Part shown: one piece after another, positions 39,668 through 53,513 of the stretch
Numbering within the stretch: position 1 is the stretch's first letter
Layout: every line of letters begins with the position of its first letter
Source of the DNA: Octopus vulgaris
Taxonomy: Eukaryota
NCBI GenBank assembly: GCA_951406725.2
Contig: OX597822.1
Location: 60,326,001 to 60,390,000, forward strand
Length of the DNA: 64,000 nucleotides
Reading direction: 5' to 3'
The notes under the pieces: generated by a model
Told to the model about the DNA's origin: nothing
What the model saw: only the letters and a program-made list of their open reading frames with translations
Databases searched by the model: none
Program-made: the position numbers and the translations under genes

Positions 39668-40110
39668 AGGCAGAAGACGCGGTTCTGTGGTAAGAAGTCT
39701 GCTTCTTTGGTTCAGGGTTCAATCCGAGTACAATGCATCTTAGGCAAGTGTCTTCTGCTTCAGCCTCGGGCCCACCGAAGCCTTACGAGTGAATTTGATT
39801 GACAGAAAGTGAAAGAAGCCCGTCGTATATATACGTGTGTGCGTGTGTGCGTGTGTGTGCGCGTGTGTGTGTGCGTGCATGTTTGTCTATGTGTATTTGT
39901 TTGTTCCACTGACCACCACCGTTTGACAACTGGTGTTGGTATGTTTACATCTCCGAAATTTAGCTGTTCGGCACAAGAACCGATAGAATAAGTACCACGC
40001 TTCAACGATAAAAGTAAGGGGATCAATTCGTTTGAGAAAACTTCTTCAAGGCAATGCCCCAACATGGCCGCAATCTAATGACTGAAACAAGTAAAAGATA
40101 GAAAGATAAA
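39668..40110 (+). mobile_element. CORE-like SINE, same family as 5823-6244
   Basis: Shared head, CTTAGGCAAGTGTCTT, internal (TG)n and tail. Confidence 0.8.
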
Positions 40111-41384
40111 GGACCCGGAATTTTAGGAGAAGGAGCTCGTCGATTACATCGACCCCGAAAGGATAAGGGGCAAATTCGACTTCGGAGGAATTTTACCAAG
40201 TTTTGTTTTAAAAGTCATTGGGTTGGTTTGTTCGGCTAAAAAGCTCTTCAAAGCATGGCTGCAATTAAATAACTGAAGCAGTTAAAATTTCAAAAGTTAT
40301 TCCTGAAACGAAAATAGGGCGGTCATAGATTGAAATGCTTTGGTCATGGATCTATTTAATTGCAATGACCAGAAACTGAATAGTAACAATAACAAGAATC
40401 CAAGCACATCCTTGATATCACAAAACCTACTCTGAACAAATACCTTAACGCAATTTTCATGTTTAGATACCTCGCCAAACAAAAGGCCTAAGCATCATAT
40501 TTATATCTCAACAAATAAATTTCGTTTTTGGATTTGGTTTGCGAGATTCTTTATGTGAGTTCGTGTGTTGAAGCATATTCTGTGGTGTCTGGGTAGAGTC
40601 ATTCTCTTTTAGTGCCTCATAATTTAACAGACTTACCGGTAATATAAAGAAGGAGATGAGTGGAAATTTTACCGGTGAGTGTGTTAAATTATAAGGCACT
40701 GAAAAAGAATGACCCTCCCCAAACACCACAGAATAAACATATTAACTAATCCCAAATCCCAAGACCAAAGATTGCTTTTATGCTTAAACAACAACTTTGA
40801 TGAGACACAAACACTACGTTCATGTCTATACGACTACCCTAAGCAAAGGCCTGAACTTTACACTCAGTGATATGAGGAGAGTATATGAACCTTACGAACT
40901 GGTTTCCTATCAGTTGACACTTGAACTTTCATCTCTGACTCGCTACTGAAAAAAATTCCTATATTTAAATAAAGTATGGCAGAAAATATTCTTTGGAAGA
41001 AATTAATCTTTATAGAAGTTTATGTGTGTTAGTGTATGTGTATATGTGTGTGTCTATATATACACATGTGCGTACAATCATACATACAATCATAAATGCA
41101 TATATATATATATATATATATAACCCCTAGGAGCGCACACATACACACACGCACGCGCACACATACACATACGCACGCGCACACATACACACACGCACGC
41201 GCACACATACACACACGCACGCGCGCGCGCGCACACACACACACGTATAGATAGATAAACTTACTTGGAAATGGATGCGTAGCGTTCGATTAAAAAATAA
41301 TATAAATAATGTATATTTTTTTCTTTACAAAATATATATATATATATATATATACACGCACACACACACACACCTATATATATA

Positions 41385-41896
41385 CTAGCAGTATCGCCCG
41401 GCGTTGCTCGGGTTTGCAAGGGAAATAACTATATAAGCATTTTTAGAGAGTTACTTCCCTTATAGATGCCAATTCGGGCTTTCTTAGCCATTTCTGTTTT
41501 GGTGTCTTCAAGCCATGAAGTCGTTGTTCTAAAAGAACGCTGGTCTCCTTGACAACGCTTTATGACGTTGATTTCCTTACACTCCCTTCCCCACAGCTTT
41601 ACGAGGGAAGGAAGAAGGGGGAGAAGCAAACAGGTGCAGGTGTGACCATGGACGCCAACTCCGCCGCCATCGACGCACGAAAAATTATGCATTAAAATGG
41701 AATAAAAAATTATGTTAAATTATTTTTAAAATCGTAGACTCATCGTAGACGCGCGCTAATACTCAGACGGGCTCGATATGAATCACGACTATAAGATACC
41801 CGAATTTGGTTAAACTGCACCGCATAATGTGGGGTAGTTAGGAATCTAAATCGAAGGGGACAGACACTCACACAACTACAGTTTTATATATATAGA
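41385..41896 (-). mobile_element. Complete non-autonomous Helitron
   Basis: Minus strand begins A|TCTATATATATAAAACTG and ends CCCGAGCAACGCCGGGCGATACTGCTAG|T: TC and CTAG termini, GC hairpin, AT target, no TSD. Confidence 0.88.
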
Positions 41897-42874
41897 TATA
41901 TATACACATATGCATACATACATACATATATGTACATACATATATATGTATATAGATGTGCAAAGAATAAGTCCTGGGGTCAATTTGCTCAACTAAAGGC
42001 AGTGTTCCAGTATGGTCGTAGTCAAATAATTGAAACAAGTAAAAGAATAAAAAATATATATATGTACATACATGTATATATATATATACATAACCAGCTG
42101 AGTAGACTCTCGTTGCGGGTCAATTTTCACAATAGAATGCGTTTATTTTAAGTTTCATTTTTCATTCCATGTCATACCAGCTCTTCACCGACGGATCGGA
42201 CGGACTTCTGTGTTATTTTGGGTAACTTATAATGTCTTGATAAACGAAATTTTTTGTTTCTATTTGTTACATAGATGTAAAGATTTTTCTTACTTCCTTC
42301 TCTTGAGCATCCAACGTATGTTGGATGTTCACCATGAGTGAAGCAAGGCCCTTCAAGGTGTCAACAAGCAACTGAAAATGTTTGCTCATATGATTTGTTG
42401 TTGGGCAAAACTAAGACTCACTGAAAACTGAAGTTGTTTGAGTTGATATAGAACATCGTCTCTTGAGTCCATGCAGAGGCGGATCTTGTACGCATCTAAT
42501 CGATGCATCCTATGCTCAAATGTCTCCCGAGACCAAACGACGGAGGCTCGCATTCGCATATCATTAAGTTATATTCCTTCTCTATTCGGTCGTCTCCTGA
42601 GTTCGCTGCTGATGCCTTGTGTGGGTCTTTCGACACTGTCGCCTTAATGAAATTCCTTACACACATGCATACGCACACACTGACATGCACATGCATGTGC
42701 ACACACAGACAGGTATTCACACAAACTTAGCATGAGAGATATACGTATACATAAGAAAGAGTGTGAGAGCGTATCGTAAATACATAAAGAGGAAGTTTAC
42801 AATGAGATAAGCGTAAAAGACAGAGGCAGACAGAAAGCTAGAGAGAGATTGAGAGAGATGGAGGGAGGGAGTGA

Positions 42875-43345
42875 TGCACTTGGATACAGTAATGTTTTCT
42901 AGGGTCATTAGATGTTTCAGGTCCTCCAATATCTGATATCCTCACCCGTACGACGAGCTTGGATCGTTCTAGCCCCAGCTTGTGTCCAGTTACTACTATC
43001 CTTTGTAGCACTGCTCTTTCCAGAGCTCGCACCTCTTGAACCATAGTCACCTTGAGGTCACTTTTGCTGCCCCCACAACCAACCCGATGGTCTTTTGTCT
43101 ACTTGCCTCTGTGATGTCAAGTATGTTGTAAGCTCTGCAGAAGGTCTGACCGGCAAACCTTCTGCATCTCACCACGACGGCATTATGCCTTGCTGTGACA
43201 CTAGCTCAGCATATTTTTTATATTTCCATTTGCCTCATCGATGCGTTCCTCCCAGGGAACGAAAAATTCCAACAGGACTACCTTCTTGGATACTTCTGAG
43301 ATCAGCACCATATCCGGCTTTAATAATGTCGAGGCGACAGTTTCC
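42875..43345 (-). pseudogene. 3' fragment of HERO-like RLE non-LTR retrotransposon
   Basis: Minus frame LLKPDMVLISEVSKKVVLLEFFVPWEERIDEAN..KYAEL..CRRFAGQTFCRAYNILDI (PD-(D/E) RLE motif). Confidence 0.75.
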
Positions 43346-44423
43346 GAAAACTTCAGTTGTTTCCCCAGTTGTTTCAGCTCCCAGTTTTTCTTTTTTCTGT
43401 TCCTCGAACCTACTCATACCTCAGTATCTTATCAACCCCATTTGTTCACCTAAATTCTATCACCAAGACGTTACCAATGAATAAATAAATAGCCATTTAA
43501 TACTTTGATATTTTTGTCAGATATTTTAACTGTGCTGCTGTTATCTTTATAGTTATTTATCGTACACAGACAGGTTAAACTCCATATATAAATATATGTC
43601 ACATGAACTAATGCCCAACATGGCAAACTGCCTTCCAGTGTACAACTGGGAGGCAGCTTCAACGAGAAATTCAGTGTACAGCGAGAAAGAACCCCTAATT
43701 ACGATTTTTTTCTTGAAGAAAGACAAAGCAAAATCTTACGTTGAAAATTTGCGACTGCCACAATTATGAGAGATGGATTGGTAGCTGCTTTGTAATGCAA
43801 ACAATAAAATAGATACTTGTACCTGTATTGCTATCAGCTAGTTTTTCTTTGGGGGGGGGGGGGGTTATTTAAAAAAAATATCTCAAGAGAGAACGGACTG
43901 GGACAACATAACTGTGGTACTGGCTCCAAAGAACCAGCGGTGCAAATGGAATGAACTTGGATCTAATGAAAACCCCAGACGACGACGACGACTTAGGAAG
44001 GGATTTCGTTACAATCTGTGGCGTCGTCAACAGTAACACCCCACCCAATTCATCTACAAGCTGTATCGCCCAACTCCTCAACAAGCTATAATTAAATGAA
44101 GTAAGAATCCCGCAATGCCTAAGAAATTAATGATATTGATGTTGATATTTGGGGAAGTATGGGTTCACTTCTTTCCCGGTCTCTTCTGAAAATAAGTGTT
44201 CAGACATTGAAATTTGTTTTCTACCAAGAAGTGCTCTACGTGTTTTGAGGTTTGAGGAACGTGTTTTGTTTTGAGGTTTGATGGAACGAGTACTTATGAT
44301 GAGGATTGTCATGGCCTAATTGTGCATTCATATTCCCACCAATGATGAGAATGTTGTGTTTTGGTATAGATCGTACAAGAAACGATATATCATTGTAAAA
44401 ATTTATGGCATCTTGTTTATCTA

Positions 44424-44788
44424 GCTCAGCTAGACTATCTTATCATGAACAAAAAGTGGATTAACAGCAGCCACAACTGTGAAGCATACAACACTTTCTT
44501 TGGTGTATCATCTGACCATCGAGTGGTAACATCTAAGCTTCAGGTAAGCCTCCGAGCAAACAAGATAAAATAACCCCAACACCGCCCTACAATTGTCTAT
44601 TCTGATGTACAACGAGAAAGTCCGAAATGATTTCACGATCAAACTCAGAAATCGTACTGATGTGTTACAAGATGCGAACGAAGATCACACACCTAACACA
44701 ACATATCTCAATTTCGTCCAAGCTAATTATGAGGCTGCTGAAAAATGCATACCTTTAAGACTAACAGTGAAACGAAGAGCCCCCTAGA
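44424..44788 (+). pseudogene. RTE-like LINE fragment (C-terminal part of APE endonuclease)
   Basis: AQLDYLIMNKKWINSSHNCEAYNTFFGVSSDHRVVTSKL (DY...SDH motif). Confidence 0.75.
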
Positions 44789-44789
44789 A

Positions 44790-44868
44790 AAGTGACGATG
44801 AAGATGATAACGATGCAGATGAGGATGATGATGATGCAGATGATGATGACGATGATCATGATAACGAA

Positions 44869-44960
<92 letters not shown>

Positions 44961-45019
44961 TGATGACGGCGGCGGCAGCGGCGGTGGTGGTGGTGGTGGT
45001 GGTGGTGGTGGTGGTGATA

Positions 45020-45074
<55 letters not shown>

Positions 45075-45095
45075 GGATGATGATGAAGATGAAAT
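44790..45095. repeat. (GAT/GAC/GGT)n microsatellite
   Basis: Direct reading. Confidence 0.95.
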
Positions 45096-45489
45096 AAAAC
45101 TTTTTATTTAAACAGATTTGGTTTATGATACAACTTTGAAAATCTAGTTTTACGTTGATTTGTTCACTATCTCGCAACAGATGTAGTGCGATATGTTAAG
45201 TGGGAAATGTTTATTTCCCAAGCCTCTATAAAGACAAGAGAAAAGATTTTGGCTGAGTTCTCAATCTTATTATGAATTGATAATGATTGTACTTTATTTG
45301 GTGAGTGAGAAGTGGTGGATGAATAGAGTGGTCATGCTAGTTCAAAGGAGTAGAGAAGGGTGTAAATATTGTACAAAACAGTCTAAAAGAGACAGAGAAA
45401 AGAAACTGTACATTTGTGAGATTTGATCATTCCATAAATAATGTGTTTTTATATACTTCTTTTATTTTTCAAAATTAAGATTAAGTTCT

Positions 45490-46085
45490 TTTTTAATATA
45501 AAATATACTCTCCTTCATTTTCTACAATGCTCTTCCATCTAACTGGTAGACTTCCAAAATTCACTTGTGCGTGACGAAAAATATTCCTCCGGTACTGTCC
45601 TGACCTCGTCTACAGAATTCATATTTTTTTCCGTCCAAATGATTTTGAAGACAGCGGAATAAATGATAATCAGGTGGAGTAACATCCGGCAAATATGGTG
45701 GGTGGAGCATCGTCTCCCATTCAAACTGTTCTAGCCTTTGAAATGTCATCCTCCCTGTATGTGGCCGAGTATTATTATCCCTATGGCAGAATACCTTTCG
45801 TTTTGAAACCAAAGATGGTCGTTTTTCGTCTAGCGCTGCTCAAGTTCCTTGCAGTAGATCTTTGTTGTCGTTTGTTTTGGGTTTAAAAGTTCAAAGTGGA
45901 CAAAACTTTTCATATCCCTTCAAACAGATAACAACAATTTACGTGAACGAAGACCTCCTTTAGCCTGGGGTGCCGGTGTTTCTCCTTTCCCTATACACTG
46001 TCTTCGGCATTTGACATTTTTTATAGAGAATCCATTTCTCGTCACCAGTTACTATTCGGTCCAAAAAAGGTTCATTCGTGAGACG
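45490..46085 (-). pseudogene. Decayed mariner transposase
   Basis: Degenerate TGDEKW motif near 46030-46060, then HRDNNTRPH and HPPYLPDVTPPDYHLFR. Confidence 0.8.
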
Positions 46086-46582
46086 TAACGGCAAAGAGCT
46101 CACATTCACTCTCTGCGCGCGATTAGGAAATAAAGTGGTATTGAACTACACATATAGCCAAAGATGCAGTCGTTTCTGTCCATTAGCCTTCCTGCAGTTA
46201 TTACTCTTGAGCTGTAAATGCAACTATTTTGCAACTATTTTGCTCGGGATCCCAGATGGAGGGTAAAGTTAGACACAGGGACCCTGGTCTGAGGGGGTTA
46301 ATTTTACAGTAAGATTTAATATTGCTGACGTTCACCATCATCAGTAAACTGCTGACTAGTGTAAGCGTGGGTTATATATCCATGTTTGTTAGATATAACA
46401 CCGTTCGCATATTTCTACTCCTGTAAGGATATATTGGCACTTCCTGCTTTCAGCCAAAATGTCATCAATGTTTATTTTCATTTGCTATTCACCCATGCAT
46501 AATTTCCTCAGTAAATCGATAAAAAATATAAAATAAAATGTGGGTGTCAACCATATGGAAACTTACAAAATAAGAGAGAGAA

Positions 46583-46617
<35 letters not shown>

Positions 46618-47643
46618 CAGGGAGTGAGAGAAAGAAAGGGAGAGAGAGAGAGAGATAAGTAATGCGCTGTTCGGAGTTATAACTGTGTTCTGTCAATAAA
46701 CTAAGTGAATATATTTAATATCTAGAAAAAATTCCCAAAGCAATTTCTTTTGAGTAGACGACCAGATGTCGCTGTTGTTGTTTAGTCCTGGGTTAATTCT
46801 GACCAGCTAGAACGTTGATTAAAGCATTTCAGCTGCCGAACTCTATTCTTTCAGTTTCCATCTACCAAATCCACTCACAAGGCTATGGCATAAGATACTT
46901 GCTCAAGGTACCAAGCAGTGGGAGTGGACCCGGAACCATGTGGTTGTGAAGCAAGCTTCTTACCACTCAACCATTCCTGCACCTATAATAATATTTAGGA
47001 CGAAATGAGTCAGCAGAAAGGTGGAAGGTGGATGGTTTTTAGCTAGGATGAATGGCACCCTCTATAGGGGAGTCAAAAAGGTAGTTCTAGTCTGTTGAGT
47101 AGGTGGATGCATTAAAGTGTGTGTGTGCGCGCTTGGTCGCTTGTAGTGCATGTTAAATAATAAATGTATTGTTTAAAGATGAGAATGCAGACAAAGGGAT
47201 GAAAGTGGCCGAATAAAACTGAGGGTATGTACACGTGTGTATGAGAGAGATGTGAGTGTGTTCATCTGAGTTGTGTTAAGTGTGTAGGGATTGTCGACAC
47301 TAGATTGACAGCGGAACTTGGAGAAAGATGTGCTTCAAATGTGTGATTCATATACGGCCATAAGTGCAAGAGTCATAATATAGTGCATATAAAGGGGAGT
47401 GAATGCGTGCATTGGGATTGTAAGTATTGATGGCTGATAGAATAAGTAATAAAAAATACTTTTCTGAAGAATTATCAGATTTAATGAAACATCTGGATAC
47501 AGAAGGAAAAATTAATTGAAGAGTGTTGTGAAGACAATAAAACCTGATACCTTAAATCTATTTCTTTCTAATGATAATTCTTTGATTGTGTTTTACGAAA
47601 TGAGCTACAGGAATCGAAGTGGCTTTGAAAAGATTGTTTAAAG

Positions 47644-47981
47644 CAGTGGTTTTTAACCCTTTTTGTTATCTGTGGACTCCTTTGATCACTATTTTATTCT
47701 GGCGGTACTCCATAGCCATTCAATGTTTAAAAACAAGTTTATAAATACTTCTTTTAAAATTCCTATTCTGTTTTTTACACATTAAATTGTATAGCTTGTA
47801 CTGTGTATGCTGTTAGGGAAAGAAACCTAGCTGTTTCTAGCAATAAATGCATCTAAAGGAAAAATTTTCATGGACCTCTAAAATGCTATTATGAATCCAA
47901 TTTACTATTCTGTTTGAGTGGACCCCTAAAAATATTATATGGACCCTCTAGGGCCATATAGACCCATGTTAAGAACCACTG
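47644..47981. mobile_element. hAT (Charlie-like) MITE with 8-bp TSD
   Basis: TIR CAGTGGTTTTTAAC / GTTAAGAACCACTG; TSD GTTTAAAG (47636-47643) and ATTTAAAG (47982-47989). Confidence 0.8.
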
Positions 47982-48199
47982 ATTTAAAGGAAGGCATAAT
48001 GCTTTATTTTTAAATTCTGAAGAAGCGCAAAAGAAAAACACGGCAAACAAATCTGAGTTCATATTTTAGGAAAGTGCATGACATTCATCTCGATCTGTCA
48101 ACAGGTGATAGCCATATCAAGACTATCAACGCAGAGCTTATTCACATTAAGCGCCACTGTTGGATTGAGAGATTAACACAGTGGTGCTATAAAAATTAC

Positions 48200-48661
48200 A
48201 TCAACTTCGGCCCCGAACCACTATGTACAAAACTAACAATGCTTTTAGTTATTCAGAACGCATTTTATAAAGTGACGAGCAAAACGCGCCCCCGTCCAAT
48301 GGACGGTGCTGAGTTGTCAAACATTTAAACCAAATTTTCTCAAAACAACTTATCCGACCGTCCCATAGGCCTCCCCTTTGAAAAACATTGATTTAACCTA
48401 AATTTGAGACAACAAACAGGTCGGCTTTTTTTGCGCAAAATGCACGTGCATTATTCTCGCGTACGCGTAGTATCAATCGCAACAGTTGATATACTTGCGC
48501 GTACAAATGCACGTTCCCACGGCTTTATCGATCACATTCTCACCTGGAATCGATTTTTGTAATTTTTCAAGACTTATACACGCCCTGATACCGTCGGTAT
48601 CTACACATCAAATTTGAGCGCAATCGGATGGAGGAGGCCCGAGATCCTAGGTGACGCACAG

Positions 48662-48693
<32 letters not shown>

Positions 48694-48711
48694 CGGATTT
48701 TATATAATAGA
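48200..48711 (-). mobile_element. Helitron-like 5' fragment; inverted sister copy at 53514-53872
   Basis: Starts A|TCTATTATATAAAATCCGTTCTG(TG)n; shares CTAGGATCTCGGG..GATACCGACGGTATCAGGGCG with the 53514 copy. Confidence 0.6.
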
Positions 48712-48740
48712 TTATCCATATATGTTTTATATGTTATTAT

Positions 48741-49046
48741 GTGGAGGCACATGGCCTAGTGGTTAGAGCAGCGGACTCGCAGTCGAGGGATTGCGGGTTC
48801 GAATCTCAGACCGGGCGATGTATGTATGTTTATGAGCGAAACACCTAAGCTCCACGCGGCTCCGGCAGAAGGTAATGGCGAACTTCTGCTGACTCTTTCA
48901 CCACAACTTTCTCTCACTCTTTCCTCCTGCATTTTGCAGCTCACCTGCGACAGACCGGCGTGCCGTCCAGGTGGGGAACGTATACGCCAAGGAAGCCGGG
49001 AAACCGGTCCTATTAGCCAGGCGTGGCTCGAGAAGGAACAAACAAC
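48741..49046 (+). mobile_element. tRNA-derived SINE with V-like central segment and 12-bp TSD
   Basis: Head as in 6614-7003; CCTGCGACAGACCGGCGTGCCGTCCAGG; TSD ATATGTTATTAT at 48729-48740 and 49047-49058. Confidence 0.88.
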
Positions 49047-49358
49047 ATATGTTATTATATGAAACCGCATTATTAGTAAAATCTTATGTAGCAAGTAGTT
49101 ACTAGAGAAAATAAAAAGGACTTTAATATTTGGATATCTGGATCGTATCTTCGTTTCGTCTGTAATATAATGGATTAATTTTGATTTTGGACCTATTTTG
49201 TATACACCGTCTCGTCTAACAATACTTTCTCAATGTAAAATGGGGGCAACCTGTATATTATTTTAAATTCTTTTTCTGTATTTATCTGAGATACCTTGTC
49301 TCAAAATTGTGATAAAGATGCTTGAACTTTGCACGTAAAACACAATTGTAACGAAAGC

Positions 49359-49396
<38 letters not shown>

Positions 49397-50110
49397 TACG
49401 CACGCACACACACACACACACATACGTACGCACGCACACGTACGCACGCACACGCACACATACACACACACACGCACGCACGCACGCACACACTGAAGAT
49501 GAGCGTCGAAAAGAAAGGGGGAGAGAGACAGAGAGAGTGAGAGGAAAACAGAGTTTGCTGTTCACTGAACTTACGGATATTTGTAGATTTTGAGTTTCGT
49601 CCGCATTTATAGGTTTTTCTTTCACTGATCCTGACTTCGGCAACGATATCATCTTATTCTCTGGTTGACAATCACTACTTACGGAAGGTAACAACATCGA
49701 TTATTATTACTTTTATTATTATTTATCCTCTCGGTGAAAATAGGTACCGGTTGAACATTGGGTCGATGTAATCGATTAACCCACTTCCCACTAATATTGC
49801 CGGGCCTTGTGCTAAAATGTGAAACCATTATCATTGTTGTTGTTGTTGTTGTTGTTGTTATTGATTTCGTTGTTGCGTTTTTGTTATTATAAAGGACTAT
49901 AGATTGGCAGAACCGTTAGCACGCCGGGCAAAATGCTTAACGGCATTTCGGACCTCTTTATGTTCTGATTTCAAATTCCGCCGAGATCGACTTTGCTTTC
50001 ATCCTTTCAGAGTCGATGAAATACGAACCAGTTACGTACTGGGGTCGATGTAATTGACTATTCGCTTCCTCCAAATTTCAGGCCTTGTGCCTATAGTAGA
50101 AAGGATTATG

Positions 50111-50201
<91 letters not shown>

Positions 50202-50221
50202 ATTATCATTATTATTATTAT

Positions 50222-50376
50222 TCTATGTTTGACTTTTGCTTTATATTTGTACAAGTTGGCTCCAAGTCTCACCCAGAGACCTCAAGAGACAACAGGTTGG
50301 GAGTTCACGTTGTTGTTATGCCTAGTGTGCCATATATTTGGGGGGGTTTTTTTGGTGTTGTACTAGTGAATGTCTA
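50222..50376 (-). mobile_element. 3' UTR-like fragment of a TAA-tailed LINE (probably Dong/R4)
   Basis: Minus strand ..GAGGTCTCTGGGTGAGACTTGG..AAAAGTCAAACATAG followed by (AAT)n. Confidence 0.5.
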
Positions 50377-50385
50377 AAAAAAAAC

Positions 50386-50424
<39 letters not shown>

Positions 50425-50425
<1 letters not shown>

Positions 50426-50960
50426 GAGTGAGAGAGCAGTGCATGCCATCAAAGTGACACTGGGGTAAAATATACGAAGCCCAGCATACCCATCATGACT
50501 ACCCGTCTGATAAGGGTACACCAGGCACATGCATCACAACCATATGTGCGCGACATAAACAGCACATGACCTTGTAGGTGGGGCCCAGTTAGAATTTTCT
50601 TCAGGTCGAGTAGCCCATCCTGCTCAAAAGGTCCCTGAATAAGGGCTGCTTTAGGATGTTGAACGAAACACCTATGTTTCCAGAGGTGAATTATTCAAAC
50701 TCCAAAGAATCCCTCTCAACACATGGTTATGATGCTCCCCCACTACTTCTGCTCGTGATCAGAGATGCACGTATTGTCAGCCACTAAGGGACATGCTCAA
50801 CTTGTTACGGTCAAACAACCGACAAGCAAATCTGTGGTATTGAGCAGAATATTTGCTGTAGCCCATCTTTTATACCAAGACAAAACAATGTACATGATGA
50901 CACTTCCAATCAGTTAAGATCAGAAGCCATGAGAGCCACTGCCTGGTACTGCATCAGGGC

Positions 50961-50962
<2 letters not shown>
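50425..50962 (-). mobile_element. (TAA)n-flanked element, copy 2
   Basis: Reverse complement of 6523-7480 without the nested SINE. Confidence 0.8.
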
Positions 50963-51024
<62 letters not shown>

Positions 51025-51027
<3 letters not shown>

Positions 51028-51261
51028 TAGTCTTATTTTTATCAAGTGCTTTCACTGCACTACCGAGAGCAGCTCTGTGTGGCTTGGGTATGTGCTGTGG
51101 TTTGCTGTGGGGCTCTTATTTTCACTGTATTGAAAGTGTTTTACGTAGAATATGTGCAGGGCCTAGGAGTGCTATTTTTCTGTATGTTATATACACTTGT
51201 AAGTCCTGGTGTTTTTGTTATGCATTTGTCTGACTATTTTTTTATCATGTTTAATGCACCT
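51025..51261 (-). pseudogene. 3' end of R4/Dong LINE ORF plus 3' UTR
   Basis: GALNMIKK..NIQK/IALLGPAHILRKTLSIQ* then UTR and (TAA)n tail. Confidence 0.8.
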
Positions 51262-51322
51262 TTAGGCATCACATTCGAGTTACCTCTATTTCTATAACTT
51301 TTATTATTATTATTATTATTAT

Positions 51323-51840
51323 TGAGAGTAGTGCATGCTATCAAATTGACACTGGGGTACACATATATGAAACCGAATAGACCCATCATGACTACCCGCC
51401 TTATAAAGGCACACCAGGCACATGCATCACAATCATATGTGCGCGACATGATGATCCCATATCAAGATGAATAGGTGGGCTCCAGTTAGAATTTTCTTCG
51501 GGTCGGGTAACTCATTCCGATCAAAAGGTCCCTGAATAAGGGTTGTTTAAGGATGTTTCCAGAGGCGAATTATTCAAACCCCAAAGAATCCCTCTCAACA
51601 CATGGCTATGATGCTCCCCCACTACTTCTGCTCCTGATCAGAGAAGCACATATTGTCAGCCACTAATGGACATGCTGAAATGGTTAAGGTCAAATAACTA
51701 ACACACAAATTTGTGGTATTGAGCAGAATATTTGCTATAGCCCATCTTTTTTACCAAGACAAAATAATGTACATGATAATACTTCTAATCCATTAAGATC
51801 GAAAGCCATGAGAGCCACTGCCTGGTATTGCATCAGGGTA

Positions 51841-51841
<1 letters not shown>
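51323..51841 (-). mobile_element. (TAA)n-flanked element, copy 3
   Basis: Homologous to 50425-50962. Confidence 0.8.
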
Positions 51842-51894
<53 letters not shown>

Positions 51895-52951
51895 TCCTTT
51901 CTGTAAAATAAACCTCCAGTTGAGCGCTGGGACAATGTAACCAATTAACCCCTCCCCCTAAAATTTGTCGCCCCCCCCCCCTAGTGTTAAAATATGAAAC
52001 TATTACTATTGTTGTTCTTATCGTTATTGCTTTGCTGCTGTTGTCAATAAAGGCATTAGATTGGCAGGATCGTTACTGTACCATGAAAATGCTGAACGGT
52101 ATTTCGTATGTCTTTACCTTCTGAGTTCAAATTCCGCTGAGGTCGACTTTGCTGTTCATCTTTTTTGGGGTCGATAAAATAAGTTATCAGCTGAGTACTG
52201 GCGTCGATCTAATAGACTAGTCCCCTCCCGCAAAATTTCAAGGTTCGTGCTTGTATTAGAAATTATAATTATTGTTCTTGTTGCTGTGGTTGTTGTCGTC
52301 GTCCTCGTTATTGCTTCGGCTGCTGTTGTTGTTGTTGTTGTTGTTGTTGTTGAGGGCGATAAATTGGAAGAGCCTTTACCGCACCGGACAAAATGCCTAG
52401 CTGTATTTTTTTTTTACCAGTCCTTTACGTTCTAAGTTCAAATGTCACCAAGGTTGACTTTGCCTTTCATCCACTCGGGATCTATAAAATAAGTATCCGT
52501 TGAGTACTGAGATTGATACAATCAAGTAACCTCTCTCCCTATATTACTGACTTTGCATCTACATCAGAAAATAGTTCTTACTGTTGTAAGAGCAGTTTAT
52601 GAGAAAAATGTAACGAACATCCGACATACACTCATAAACATACTGAGGCAAAACTAGCAATATTCAGTAATGTCTATTTTCGGAGTTAAATTCCGGTGGT
52701 TTTACATTGTCAACCATTCAAAGTTCGATAGAAGTCAGATAAATTCATTCGCTCGTATACACCTCTTAAGTTAGAAGCTATCAATATGGTATAAGTTGTT
52801 GTAAATACTATATTTCCGTTGCTGCTGCTATTCTTTTGCAGTGGATTATGTTGTGAGGAACACCTTAATATAATTTTGTTTGGTGTTTTCACTGTATGCT
52901 TACTATTAGTGTTGAAGTTTTGCTTTTTGAGCCAAAAAATTAACTTAACTA

Positions 52952-53415
52952 AGTTAAGTTAATTTTTTTGCTCAAAAAGCAAAAAGCAAAAAGCAAGGCC
53001 ATGTAGGAGGACATGGAGTTATGTACAGGGAGGGTATTCAAGCAAAGAGTTCAGGCTATTTCTGGTCAAGAGAAATTTTGAACCGAGCGGTCGTCGGCAT
53101 CTTCACTATCTCGTCCGGCAGCTTATTCCACGGATCCGCAACCCAGACGGAGAAAGCCCCTCTCCTTCGATTGAGATGAAATCGTCGCAGATAGAGCTTT
53201 TCGGAATAACTCCGCAGCCGACGCTCTGGAGCAGGAGTGAAGAACAGCTCTTTCGAGAGGTTACACTTTCCGTTTATGATGTTGTGAGCGAGAATGAGAT
53301 CACCACGGCGTCGTCGTTTTTCTAGAGAATAAAGGTCGAGCGTCTTCAGCCTTTCTTCATAAGACAAATTCTTGAGACCAAGAACCATGCGGGTAGCCAG
53401 CTTCTTGAAGATGCC
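52952..53415 (-). pseudogene. 3' end of CR1-clade LINE
   Basis: ATRMVLGLKNLSYEERLKTLDLYSLEKRRRRGDLI...WNKLPDEIV..FKISLD (CR1 ORF2 C-terminus), short UTR with (GCTTTTT)n and (TAACT)n. Confidence 0.88.
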
Positions 53416-53513
53416 ATGAATGTTACAATCTGGTCCCTCCTCACTTTCTCTTGTATACACACACACACACACACACACTCACATATATATATACAAAACG
53501 TTGAATGTATATA

